Part shown: piece after piece, positions 37,982 through 47,900 of the stretch | Numbering within the stretch: position 1 is the stretch's first letter | Layout of the letters: each line of letters begins with the position of its first letter | Source: Pyrinomonadaceae bacterium MAG19_C2-C3 | GTDB taxonomy: Bacteria; Acidobacteriota; Blastocatellia; Pyrinomonadales; Pyrinomonadaceae | Reading direction: 5' to 3' | DNA: 64,000 bases | Assembly: GCA_024330265.1 (NCBI GenBank) | Contig: JANDLT010000024.1 | Span: 509-64,508, forward strand | Made by a program: the position numbers and the translations under genes | Notes under the pieces: generated by a model | The model's input: only the letters and a program-made list of their open reading frames with translations | What the model was told of the DNA's origin: nothing | Databases searched by the model: none

Positions 37982-39291
37982 TAAGACCCAACTGTCGCTA
38001 ACGATGCATCAAGGGCGGCAATCAATTCATCAACATTGTCCTTCGTCGAGTTGAGCATCATCCCTGTGCGAATCACGTTGCCGTAAAGCCCGCCTTTGCC
38101 GATGAGAACGCCGCGCCGTTTCGTTTCTTCAAAAATCTTCAAGACGGCTTGCGGGTGCGGTTCTTTCGTCTCGCGGTCTTTGACGAACTCTAACGCCTGC
38201 ATCAAGCCCATCCCGCGCACATCGCCGATGATCGGATATTTCTCTTTCAAGTTCTCAAATCCCGCGCGCAGGTATGCGCCGACGCGCGTTGCGTTGGTTC
38301 TCAAATCTTCTTCTTCAATCGTGCGAATGACGGTGAGCGCGGCGGCGGTCGAGACGGGATTGCCGCCGAAGGTCGCAAAGGTCAGACCGGGAAAACTGTC
38401 GGCGACTTCGGGCGTCGCAATCGTCCAACCGATGGGAACGCCGTTGCCCAAACCTTTCGCCGAAGTCATGATGTCAGGCTCGACGTTCCAGTGTTCGATG
38501 CCGAACCATTTGTCTCCCGTGCGTCCCCATCCGGTCTGCACTTCGTCAGAGATGAACAAGCCGCCGTGCTTACGCGCGATTTCGACGGCGCGCTCAAAAT
38601 AACCCGGCGGCGGAACGATGAAGCCGCCGACGCCCAATATAGGCTCCGCCATAAACGCCGCAATCTCGCCGGTCGTGGTCGTCATAATCAATTCTTCGAT
38701 GTCTTCGGCGCAGGCGAGTCCACACGACGGATAATCGAGTTTGAGCGGGCAGCGATAACAATACGGCGCGCGTGCGTGAACGATTCCGGCGACTTGGGCG
38801 GGCAACGGTCGCCACGTCGAATGTCCGGTGGCGGAAAGAGCCGTCGCCGAGCGTCCGCTATAACTGTGGCGCAAGACGACGATTTCCTGTCGCCCGGTGT
38901 GCAGCTTCGCCGCCGTAATCGCCGTGTCGTCGGCTTCCGTGCCGCTGCTCGTGAAGAAGGATTTCTTCAAGCGTCCGGGTGTGATTTGATAAAGCTTTTC
39001 GGCGAGTTGCCCTTGCGGTTCATTGGCATAGAGTGCCGACGTGTGCTGAAGCTTACGGGTTTGTTCGATGACGGCTTGGGTCACTTTCGGGTTCGCATGT
39101 CCGATGCTGACGGTCAACACGCCGCCGAAACAATCGAGATACTTGTCGCCCTTGTCATCCCAAACGTATTCGCCTTCGCCACGCACGAGCGCGAGCGGTT
39201 CTTGATAATAAGTTGCGACGGCGGGGAAAAGAAATTCTTTGTGCTTGCGGACAATTTCGGATTGTTGTGTGGTTGGTTCAGCCGTACTCAT
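37981..39291 (-). CDS. Class-III (omega) aminotransferase, probably beta-alanine transaminase
   Basis: Motifs TSSGTEADD and DEVQTGWGRTG, and the PLP lysine context DIMTSAKGLGNG. The start is taken at MSTAEPTT. The context is a pyrimidine-catabolism cluster. Confidence 0.85.
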   Translation of the reverse strand: MSTAEPTTQQSEIVRKHKEFLFPAVATYYQEPLALVRGEGEYVWDDKGDKYLDCFGGVLTVSIGHANPKVTQAVIEQTRKLQHTSALYANEPQGQLAEKLYQITPGRLKKSFFTSSGTEADDTAITAAKLHTGRQEIVVLRHSYSGRSATALSATGHSTWRPLPAQVAGIVHARAPYCYRCPLKLDYPSCGLACAEDIEELIMTTTTGEIAAFMAEPILGVGGFIVPPPGYFERAVEIARKHGGLFISDEVQTGWGRTGDKWFGIEHWNVEPDIMTSAKGLGNGVPIGWTIATPEVADSFPGLTFATFGGNPVSTAAALTVIRTIEEEDLRTNATRVGAYLRAGFENLKEKYPIIGDVRGMGLMQALEFVKDRETKEPHPQAVLKIFEETKRRGVLIGKGGLYGNVIRTGMMLNSTKDNVDELIAALDASLATVGS

Positions 39292-39344
39292 AATGGTGTA
39301 TTCCTTGTTGCCGGAAAAGAATCTCAATACAAATTGCCTTCGCG

Positions 39345-39641
39345 CTTGCGTCCCGTGTAACCCGCATATCGAAGACGGTCGGCTGTATGAAGAAGCCCTT
39401 GCTCACGTCTTCCATCAAACGCGCCGCACACGCGACGATACGACCGCGCGTTTGAGCAGGTGTCGCGCGCCACTCGCGGAAGGCAGCATCGGCGGCTTCA
39501 ACCGCTTACCGCGCTTGCGTCCCGCGTCGCAAGTTTGACACTGCCAAGCCTATCATCCGTGTTCGCCGGATTGATGTTATCAAGCGTTTTTGACGACGAT
39601 TCCGTCCGTTCGCCACTAATGAAATTTCGATAAGTAGTCAT
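39345..39641 (-). pseudogene. Aldehyde dehydrogenase remnant (frameshift plus large internal deletion)
   Basis: From the ATG at 39641 it reads MTTYRNFISGERTESSSKTLDNINPANTDD.LGSVKLATRD...SG*. A second frame continues AVEAADAAFREWRATPAQTRGRIV..AARLMEDVS and then jumps directly to KGFFIQPTVFD, which lies about 300 aa later in intact ALDHs. Confidence 0.75.
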
Positions 39642-39874
39642 TTAGCAAAGTAGAAAGAAGAATGGCGAAAGGAGAAAGTTAAGATAACTATTCCTGACTT
39701 CTATCTTCGCCTTTCACCTTGTGAGACATGGTGACTGAAAAGTAAGGATGAATATATCATGCGTCTTGATGAGCGAAAGCAAAAACATTTCAACTGAAGT
39801 TCAGACGCAAGACCCGCGAAATTTGCGCGAACTATTGGGACAGCGCATTGCTGTCACGCCGGATAAATTCTTCC

Positions 39875-40040
39875 TCAAATCATGCGTCCCGCTAAATCTT
39901 GCGCCGGACTCAAACCCGGAAAGAACTCCAACGCGCCGAACCACAAGAAGACCAGCCCGCGGCTGACGCGCAAGAGCGTGATGCCGTGGCACGCCATCCA
40001 TTTCGTGATGTATTTATCAAACCCTTTGTATAGTATCAGT
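39875..40040 (-). pseudogene. 5' fragment of a small membrane protein gene (DoxX/YkgB-like pattern)
   Basis: YKGFDKYITKWMACHGITLLRVSRGLVFLWFGALEFFPGLSPAQDLAGRMI* stops after about 50 aa. The downstream frames do not continue the family pattern, and no clean ATG start is present. Confidence 0.35.
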
Positions 40041-40055
40041 ACCTCGCATAAGTTT

Positions 40056-40367
40056 TCACCTCTTGCTTTTTTTGGGGATTTCCGAACATTTCGCGCCGAG
40101 TAACGGAGGAATCTTCTGGCTGATGACCGGATGTTTCGCGGCTTCCGCAGCGTTAATGGCAATCCACTCTTGTTGCTCTTCGGACACATTCACGTCCCGG
40201 AAGATCGCCTCCACCGGACACTCCGACACGCACGCATCGCAGTCAATACAGGTGTCCGGGTTAATCAGCAGACGGTCGGGGGCGGCGTGAAATGCCTCGA
40301 CCGGGCAGACCGCCGCGCAATCAGTGTATTTGCAATCAACACAGGCTTCCGTGACGACGTAAGTCAT
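40056..40367 (-). CDS. fdxA: 7Fe-type ferredoxin
   Basis: MTYVVTEACVDCKYTDCAAVCPVEAFH...CIDCDACVSECPVEAI is the classic FdxA [3Fe-4S][4Fe-4S] pattern. Confidence 0.85.
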   Translation of the reverse strand: MTYVVTEACVDCKYTDCAAVCPVEAFHAAPDRLLINPDTCIDCDACVSECPVEAIFRDVNVSEEQQEWIAINAAEAAKHPVISQKIPPLLGAKCSEIPKKSKR

Positions 40368-40393
40368 AATTAACTCCTCCTGTTCTCGGCAAA

Positions 40394-40654
40394 TCACATC
40401 AACCGATAGTCACCATCTGATTCGCTGTGCTGCCGCTCACCGCTCCGATTCGGGTGGTGGGCGACGCGCGTCACCAGAATGCGGAACATTTCGGGTCTGC
40501 GCTCAATGTACTCCCATCCCATCTCATCTTCACGCATCCGCTCGATCTGCATCCGCAACGGCTGCGGATCGTGGTCGTTGATAAGCACAAACGATTCATT
40601 CAACGCCAGACGGTCGAAGGCGGTGTCTCCTTCGACCTCGCGCTGACTAGATAG
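40394..40654 (-). pseudogene. DUF2249-domain gene, apparently 5'-truncated
   Basis: FVLINDHDPQPL...WEYIERRPEMFRILV matches the DUF2249 pattern. The open frame extends upstream to a stop at 40655-40657. It has no ATG or GTG; the only candidate start is a TTG at 40603. Confidence 0.5.
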
Positions 40655-40658
40655 TCAG

Positions 40659-40802
40659 ATTGCGGCGCGCGTCGGCTCGGTGCGTGAAGTCGTGTCGCGT
40701 GCCATGAAGCGACTTTAGCAGGACGGACTCATTCAATTGAAAAATCGGAGGGTGACGATTCCCGATGAAGACGCACTCGCGCTCTACGCCGGTGAACGCT
40801 GA
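40659..40802 (+). pseudogene. C-terminal HTH fragment of a Crp/Fnr-family regulator with an in-frame TAG
   Basis: IAARVGSVREVVSRAMKRL*QDGLIQLKNRRVTIPDEDALALYAGER*. The nucleotide-binding domain is missing. The TAG at 40716-40718 sits where a sense residue is expected. Confidence 0.7.
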
Positions 40803-40845
40803 TGCTGTCAGGGCATCGTGACTTTAGCTCAAAAAGGATAAGACG

Positions 40846-41055
40846 TTGAAAAGTAAAATTCTCGGATTTCACCAAGACGAAGAACAACACTGGGTGGCAG
40901 ATTTGGAATGCGGTCACACGCAGCACGTCCGCCACAATCCGCCTTTGAGTGTCCGCCCGTAGGTAATTATACCGGAAGGGCGAAGCGAGCGTATCGGAGT
41001 CGAGTTGGAATGCAAGAAGTGTGACGCGGGTGAACCGCCGGATAATTTTCGATGA
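40846..41055 (+). pseudogene. DUF3565-family gene with an in-frame TAG
   Basis: (TTG)KSKILGFHQDEEQHWVADLECGHTQHVRHNPPLSVRP*VIIPEGRSERIGVELECKKCDAGEPP. The TAG at 40960-40962 sits where the family has a conserved Trp (RPW), consistent with TGG to TAG. Confidence 0.65.
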
Positions 41056-41158
41056 TCCGAATTGTCAGCATATTGCGCGTTGGGAAGGGAAGGCAGGCAA
41101 TCCGCCCAAACTGAAATTGCTAAAACTACTCTTTAGGTTGCGGTTGAGCGAAAGATTT

Positions 41159-41230
41159 AGCCACGAAACAACCGAGAAGCAGCACGAAAAGAGGTTTTGT
41201 TTGGTGTTCGTTTCGTGTTATTTCGTGGCT
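41159..41230. repeat. Imperfect palindrome with CACGAAA-motif arms
   Basis: agccacgaaacaaccgagaagcagcacgaaa ... ttcgtttcgtgttatttcgtggct. Related core to 10295..10387. Confidence 0.7.
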
Positions 41231-41338
41231 CATGTCAGCTGTTTTTGCCTATGTCAATAGAACCTGTGTTATTTCGCGGCTTATTCCGGTCATCTTTCAA
41301 AATGTCAACACAACCTAGTTCCTGTGATCCGTTGAATC

Positions 41339-42370
41339 ATGATGAATGCGCGTAGTGCATTGTTCCTTCTCGCGCCTTTTGCGCTCCTTCTAATTCTCGT
41401 TTGTGGTGACGGCACGAACCTCACCGCCACGGAATTGCGGGGCGATGTTCGCGTCCACGATCCAAGCCTGATTAAACAGGGAAAGACTTACTACGTCTTT
41501 TCAACCGGCTCACCGAACGGGAGCATCAATCAAGGCAACATCCAGATTCGCGCTTCCGATGACCTCATCAAGTGGCGGTTTCTCGGCACGGTGTTCAACG
41601 AAACTCCGGCGTGGATTACCTCCGCGCTAGGCTCTATGCCAAAGAGTCTCTGGGCACCGGACATATCGTATTTCAACGGCAAGTATCATCTATATTATTC
41701 GGCTTCGTTCTTCGGCAAGAACACTTCTCTAATCGCCCTTGTCACAAACCGCACGCTCAACCCCGCCAGCCCCGACTATAAATGGATTGACGAAGGCGAA
41801 GTTACTCGCTCGAACACAACGGACAACTGGAACGCGATTGACCCGCACTTGAGTTTCGACGCCGAGGGCGCGGCGTGGCTCTCGCTCGGCTCTTTTTGGA
41901 GCGGCATCAAGCTTCGACGCATTGATGCGCGCACGGGAAAATTATCGGCGGTGGACACGACTTTATATTCACTCGCCGCACGACCGACACCGCAAGGCGG
42001 CGGAGCCATCGAAGCACCCGCGATTGCTTATCATCAGGGTTATTACTATCTGTTTGTCTCTTTTGATTTTTGCTGTCGCGGGATTAAGAGCGATTATAAA
42101 ATCGTCGTCGGACGCGCCAAGCGCATCACGGGACCTTATCTCGATAAAAGCGGCAAGCGCATGGATCAAGGCGGCGGCGATGTTGTCTTAACGGGTGCCA
42201 ATCATCAGGTCGCGCCCGGCGGTCAATCCGTCTATCGTGATGGAAAGACTGACCGCCTCGTCTATCATTACTACGACGCACGCGATGGTGGTAAAAGTAA
42301 ATTACAACTCGCAAAATTACAGTGGACGGATGACGGTTGGTTGACGGTCGCCCGCACGTCGAACAATTGA
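41339..42370 (+). CDS. GH43 endo-1,5-alpha-L-arabinanase-like glycoside hydrolase
   Basis: Signal peptide, then VHDPSLIKQGKTYYVFSTG, WAPDISYFNGKYHLYYSAS and NAIDPHL, which are typical GH43 five-bladed propeller motifs. Confidence 0.85.
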   Translation: MMNARSALFLLAPFALLLILVCGDGTNLTATELRGDVRVHDPSLIKQGKTYYVFSTGSPNGSINQGNIQIRASDDLIKWRFLGTVFNETPAWITSALGSMPKSLWAPDISYFNGKYHLYYSASFFGKNTSLIALVTNRTLNPASPDYKWIDEGEVTRSNTTDNWNAIDPHLSFDAEGAAWLSLGSFWSGIKLRRIDARTGKLSAVDTTLYSLAARPTPQGGGAIEAPAIAYHQGYYYLFVSFDFCCRGIKSDYKIVVGRAKRITGPYLDKSGKRMDQGGGDVVLTGANHQVAPGGQSVYRDGKTDRLVYHYYDARDGGKSKLQLAKLQWTDDGWLTVARTSNN

Positions 42371-42483
42371 GTTCGTGGTTTTAATCGCAAGCAGGAATCG
42401 CTGGTCAAGAACAAATTCCTTGACATTATGTTTGTTTGAGTTGAAAATGAACACTCTTCCAATAGTCATTAGGGGAACTCAAA

Positions 42484-43515
42484 GTGCCAGCAAAGCGTCA
42501 GTCCGCGGTAGCGCGACCCTGCATATATGTGTTGTTGGTTATGTGTGTCTTGTGCGCCTCCGACGGACACGCGCAGCGACCAGATGATTTCGCTTACGCT
42601 ATTGAGTGTTTTAACGGACGCCGCTACGCGCAAGCTGCTGAGGTATTAGCTCACGTTTCGGCGACCGAGCCGGAGAGAACAGAGGCTGACCTATATTTAG
42701 GCAAATCGCTCTTTAATATCGGGCGTTACAGCGAAGCTGAGGTAGCACTTCAACGTTTCTTGAATTTCCGTCCGACCTCTAGTGATGCCCTTTACCTCCT
42801 CGCTACCACATATTTCCGCCAAGGGCGAGCAAAGGAAGCGATTGATATTTTTAAGTATGCTGCAGCCATCAGACCCCCAACCTCTGATGATTTGAAGATC
42901 ATCGGGCTTTGCTATGGGCTGCTTGAAGACTTTACGAATGCAGCACTTTATTTAGATCAGGCACTCGCTAGTAATCCCGAAAATCTCGAAGCTCGTTACT
43001 ACCTCGGTCGTGTCCGCTGTGAACAGAACGACTTTGATGCCGCAATAAGTGCCTTCAAGGAGGTGCTTCGCCGTGATCAGCTCAACGTTAAAGCTCAAAA
43101 CAATCTTGGACAGGCACTCGAAGGCAAAAACGAAACGGATGGGGCGATCTCAGCGTACCGTCGCGCCGTCGAATTGAACAATGCTGCCGCTCGTCCAAGC
43201 GAGTTCCCGCTCTTAAATCTCGGTGCTTTATTGTTGCGACGGGATGAAGTTGAAGAAGCACTATCTCTATTTTTACGGGCGAAAGAAGTGAACGCTTCTT
43301 CAGCGAAGGTTCGATTTGAACTGGGCAAGCTCTATTTACGAATCGGGAAATCCGAGAACGCCGAGCAAGAATTATTGCGTGCTACCGAACTCGACCCGCG
43401 ACACATTGGGGCGCACTACCAACTCGGTCTGCTATACAAACGTCTGGGCAAAGTCGACCTCGGACGAAGACAGTTAGCGATTAGCGAACAGTTGCGTAAA
43501 AAGAGTTCACCTTAA
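42484..43515 (+). CDS. Exported TPR-repeat protein
   Basis: GTG start, signal peptide, and about 8 TPR units (for example AQNNLGQALEGKNETDGAISAYRRAVELN). Confidence 0.8.
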   Translation: MPAKRQSAVARPCIYVLLVMCVLCASDGHAQRPDDFAYAIECFNGRRYAQAAEVLAHVSATEPERTEADLYLGKSLFNIGRYSEAEVALQRFLNFRPTSSDALYLLATTYFRQGRAKEAIDIFKYAAAIRPPTSDDLKIIGLCYGLLEDFTNAALYLDQALASNPENLEARYYLGRVRCEQNDFDAAISAFKEVLRRDQLNVKAQNNLGQALEGKNETDGAISAYRRAVELNNAAARPSEFPLLNLGALLLRRDEVEEALSLFLRAKEVNASSAKVRFELGKLYLRIGKSENAEQELLRATELDPRHIGAHYQLGLLYKRLGKVDLGRRQLAISEQLRKKSSP

Positions 43516-43597
43516 GATGTTTCCAACATTTGTTACTGATTAGTAAATCCGAAACGCTCGGTGGGCGAAAGCCTATCTCACCTTACGAATACATGCT

Positions 43598-44779
43598 ATG
43601 AGTAGCTTGAACAAAGTCAAAAAGATTTTATTTTTAACTTCAGCCATGCTCTCTTTAACTATCCCTGCCATTGCTCAGTCAGGCGATGCTATGGTCGCGG
43701 CTAAATTCAAGAGCGCGAACGAAGCGCAACGCACCGGTCGTCTCGATGAGGCAGCTGTTGCTTACGCCGACATCGTTAAGGTTCGTCCGAACCTCGCCGA
43801 AGCTTATGCTAACTTCGGATTCGTACGCTACCAACAGAAAAGATTCGACGATGCCGCCAAGTTGTTCGAGCGTGCGCTCGCGCTCAAGCCGGAACTAGGC
43901 GGGGCAAGCCTCTTTCTAGGTATTTCCTACTATTCGATTAATCGCCTTGACGCGGCACTCGTCGCCTTTGAAGCCGCCGTGCGAAGTGCCCCAAACGATC
44001 CGCAGGCGATGATGTGGTACGGACTGTCGCTGAATGTGGCGAACAGGGTGGAAGAAGCCGCAAAGTATCTCGACGCGGCGGCGGTGCTTGCGCCTAATGA
44101 TGTCGATATCTTGTACCATCGGGGGCGTATTCACCTGCGAATCTCGCAGGATAGCTACCGCCAAATGTTCAAAGCCGACCCAAATTCGGCGCGGGTTCAT
44201 CTGGTACTAGGTCAATCATATGAAGAGGCGGGACGCGACGCCGAGGCATCCGCCGAATACGAGGCTGCGATAAAACTTGCGCCGACGATGCCGGGCGTAC
44301 ACGAAGCAATCGGTAGTCTTTACTGGAAGAACGCTCAGTTTGATGAAGCCGAAGCCGCATATGAGCAGGAACTAAATGTCGATCCGTTCAACACTTTAGC
44401 AATGTATAAATTAGGAAGCATACGTGTTGAACGCGGACGACCCGCCGAGGGCATGAAACTACTTCAGGCGTCTATTGCTCAGAGTTCAGGTAATTTCGAC
44501 GCTTACTACTACCTAGGAAAAGCGCAAGGCGCACTCAATCAGAACGAGGCCGCTATCGCCAGTCTTAAAAAGATGCTCGAAGGTGATCGGACGAGCGGTC
44601 TCGCTGAATCGGCTTACTACCAACTATCACGCATCTACCGCAAGGTCGGTCGCGTGCAAGAAGCGCAAGCCGCTCTTCAATCGTTTGAGAAACTTAGAAA
44701 AGCCCGCAAAGAAAAGAGCACTGAAAAGTTAGAGGAGCAACTGAAGAAGCGCGTGCCGGACGGGAAACCACAATCTTAG
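43598..44779 (+). CDS. Exported TPR-repeat protein
   Basis: Signal peptide MSSLNKVKKILFLTSAMLSLTIPAIAQ followed by repeated TPR units. Confidence 0.8.
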   Translation: MSSLNKVKKILFLTSAMLSLTIPAIAQSGDAMVAAKFKSANEAQRTGRLDEAAVAYADIVKVRPNLAEAYANFGFVRYQQKRFDDAAKLFERALALKPELGGASLFLGISYYSINRLDAALVAFEAAVRSAPNDPQAMMWYGLSLNVANRVEEAAKYLDAAAVLAPNDVDILYHRGRIHLRISQDSYRQMFKADPNSARVHLVLGQSYEEAGRDAEASAEYEAAIKLAPTMPGVHEAIGSLYWKNAQFDEAEAAYEQELNVDPFNTLAMYKLGSIRVERGRPAEGMKLLQASIAQSSGNFDAYYYLGKAQGALNQNEAAIASLKKMLEGDRTSGLAESAYYQLSRIYRKVGRVQEAQAALQSFEKLRKARKEKSTEKLEEQLKKRVPDGKPQS

Positions 44780-44932
44780 GCGATTCACATCGTTACGCCC
44801 GGCTCCTTCAGGATTTACTCCTCCCATCAAGGCTAATGAGTCAACTACTGACTGCCATTGGGAATGCACAAATAAATTTCGTAACAAATGCTTAGAATCA
44901 TTCAACGCCGGTCAAATCACAGGAAAATGCAC

Positions 44933-47900
44933 ATGAGAAAATCAACGATACTCCTCAAAGCAACACTGTTCGCTATGCTGGCAACAGGAATAGTACCCTC
45001 CGTATGCGCCCAAACAATTAATGGTGCGGTTAGCGGGACCGTCACCGATGCCGCCGGAGCAGCAGTGCCGAAAGCGACTATCACGGCGCGGAACCCAGCC
45101 ACCGGCACGACGACGGAAGCGATTTCGTCGGACGACGGTAACTACAGATTACAGCAATTGCCCGCGGGCAGTTACAACATCACCGTCACCGCGCCGGGTT
45201 TTAAGACCGGCGAATTTCAGGAGGTGGTTGTCGAAGTTAATTCAACTACGTCGCGCGACCTCGTACTCGAAACGGGTGCCGTAACCGAAACAGTCACCGT
45301 CTCATCAGAAGGTGCTCTAACAATTCAATCCGACACCTCGGACATCGGAACTGTCGTCAGATCGCGTCAAGTGCTTGACCTGCCGCTGGTCGCAGGTGGT
45401 GGCGGGTTCGGGCTTCGGTCACCTGAATCTTTCACCTTTCTCACACCCGGCGTCGTCGGTCCGGGAACCGCGACGGACAACGGCGTTAACAACGACAATG
45501 CGGGCGAGAACGGAGGCACCTTCAACTCCAAATTCGCCGGCAGTCAAAACTTTTCCAACGAAGTATTGCTCGAGGGAGCAAGTACCTTCCGCTCTGAAAA
45601 CGGATCATCATTCGATGAGACCGCGCCGTCGGTCGAAGCTTTTCAGGAGTTTAAGGTACTAACATCGAATCTTTCAGCGGAGTATGGACGTACCGGCGGT
45701 GGTATCACCAGCTTTGCTTACAAATCCGGTACGAATGACATTAACGGCAGTGCTTACGAGTTCTTTCAAAACCGGGTTTTGAACGCGAACCGATTCTTTA
45801 ACAACTCGCGGGGGACAGACCCTGTAACAGGTAAAGAGCGCGCGCCACGTCCCCTGAATAACATCAATGACTTTGGGGCGACCGTTGGCGGACCGATTTT
45901 CCTGCCGCGCTTTGGCGAAGGCGGTCCTAGACTGTATGACGGACGTAATAAAAGTTTCTTCTTCTTTATCTATGAGGGCGCGCGACGCGGTTTTGGGGGG
46001 TCGGCTATCAACACTTTGCCAACTGACGCCTTCCGCCGTGGCGACTTCTCATCTTTGCTCGGAGCAAACTCTGCTGTGGACGCGCTTGGGCGCAATATCG
46101 CTAACGGACAAATCTTTGACCCGGCGACCACGCGACGCGTGACGGCGGGTCAACCAGATCCGCTTACAGGAATTATAGCGACGAGGTCGGGTCTCGTCCG
46201 CGAGCCGTTCGCCAACAACAACATCCCGGTGACCCGGTTCAGCACGGTCGCAAGTAACGTCTTGAACTTTATCCCCTCTCCCAACTCTCCGGGGCGAACT
46301 AATAATTTCATTTTCAACGGTCCGAAATTTCCGTTGAACGTTTACACTTACGCGGTCAAACTCGACCACAATATTACGGCGGGCAGTAAGCTTTCGGGCA
46401 GTTACTCGAAACGCGTTAACGACCGTGTGGTCGGTGCTCGATCTCTACCGGACGTAATCAACCGTGGTAACCAAGACCAAATCTTCACCACACAGTATTT
46501 CCGTTTGACGCACGATCAGGTGTTCTCCCCGACAATCCTTAACCACTTCAACATCGGGCTGAATCGGACTGTCAGCGAAAACCTGTCACCGACCGTCGGT
46601 CTAAACATTCCGGGTCAAATCGGGTTGTCGGGAGTTGCAGGGTCTCCATTCCCCGAGTTCAACTTCGGTGAAGACATCAACGGCATCGGGTTCGGGCTGA
46701 ACGCAGTCAACATAGACAACGGTTTCCGCTTGAACGACTTCGTCAGCATAGTTAAAGGCAATCACAACATTCGTGTTGGAGGTGACTTCCGCTATCAGCA
46801 GTACACGCCATCGAACCAGAACAACACATCTGGCACCTTCAACTTCGGTCGCGGTCAAACTGCAGGTTTCAATAGTGCTGATGGTACAGCCGGTAATACA
46901 GGAAACGGCTTCGCTAGTTTCCTGCTCGGACAGGTCGGGAACGCGAATATCGCTATCGTACCCAACATCGTACAGTGGCGTTCGCAGTACTACGCGGGTT
47001 TCGTGCAAGACGACTGGAAAGTATCGGGAAATCTTACGCTTAACCTCGGCGTGCGCTACGACGTGGATGTTCCCCGACGGGAGTTGTACAACCGCTTCTC
47101 GAATTTCAGTCCGACAACTCCCAACCCCGGTGCGGGTAATCTCCCCGGCGCAGTGGTTTTCGCAAACTCGTCGGGCAATACCCGCTTTGCCGATACGTAT
47201 AAGAAAGCAATCGGTCCGCGCGTCGGCTTCGCTTATTCTCCTGATCGCAACGGCGGTCTGATCGGTGCTTTGACCGGTGGGGCTGGAAAAACAGTTATCC
47301 GCGGAGGTTTCGGCATTTTCTATCAGGCATTGCTATATGCAGATTTTGGCGAGAGTTATGCCAGAGGATTCAATAGCCGACCCGATTTCAGCCCTGCCGT
47401 TGGTTTCAACCCGGCTTTCCAACTCGATCAGGGCTTGCCACAAAATTTCCCGCGCCCGCCATTCGTCGACCCGACGATCCAAAACTTACAAAACACCGAG
47501 TATATCGCTCCAAGCTTCGGGCGTCCTCCGATGATTACGAATTATGGGGGTGAGTTACAGAGGGAACTTTCACCCGACCTTATCCTTACTTTGGGCTACA
47601 TCGGGGTTCAAGGTCATCACTTGCGGTCGAATCTGCTGCGTACGAACAACGCGCCCAACACTTCTTTGGCTCTTGGCGATTTAATATACGCAGATATCAA
47701 CTCGCCCCAAGCACAGGCAGCTGGCTTCCGACCACCTTTCGCGGGCTTCACGGGCAACGTCGGCGATTCTTTGCGTCCCTTCCCGCAATACCGATCTATC
47801 ATCACTGACAACGGTCTGGAAAATGTTGGTAACAGCAACTACAACGCCGGTTTTGTGAAACTAGAGCGCAGGTTCAGACAAGGTCTTAACTTGCTCACGT

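Noticed and set aside
40716-40962. The in-frame TAG codons in two neighbouring genes could indicate stop-codon reassignment or pyrrolysine-type recoding.
   Set aside because: TAG terminates clearly intact genes in the window (for example the ORF ending at 7949). No pyl genes are present. Both TAG-containing genes sit among obviously truncated fragments.
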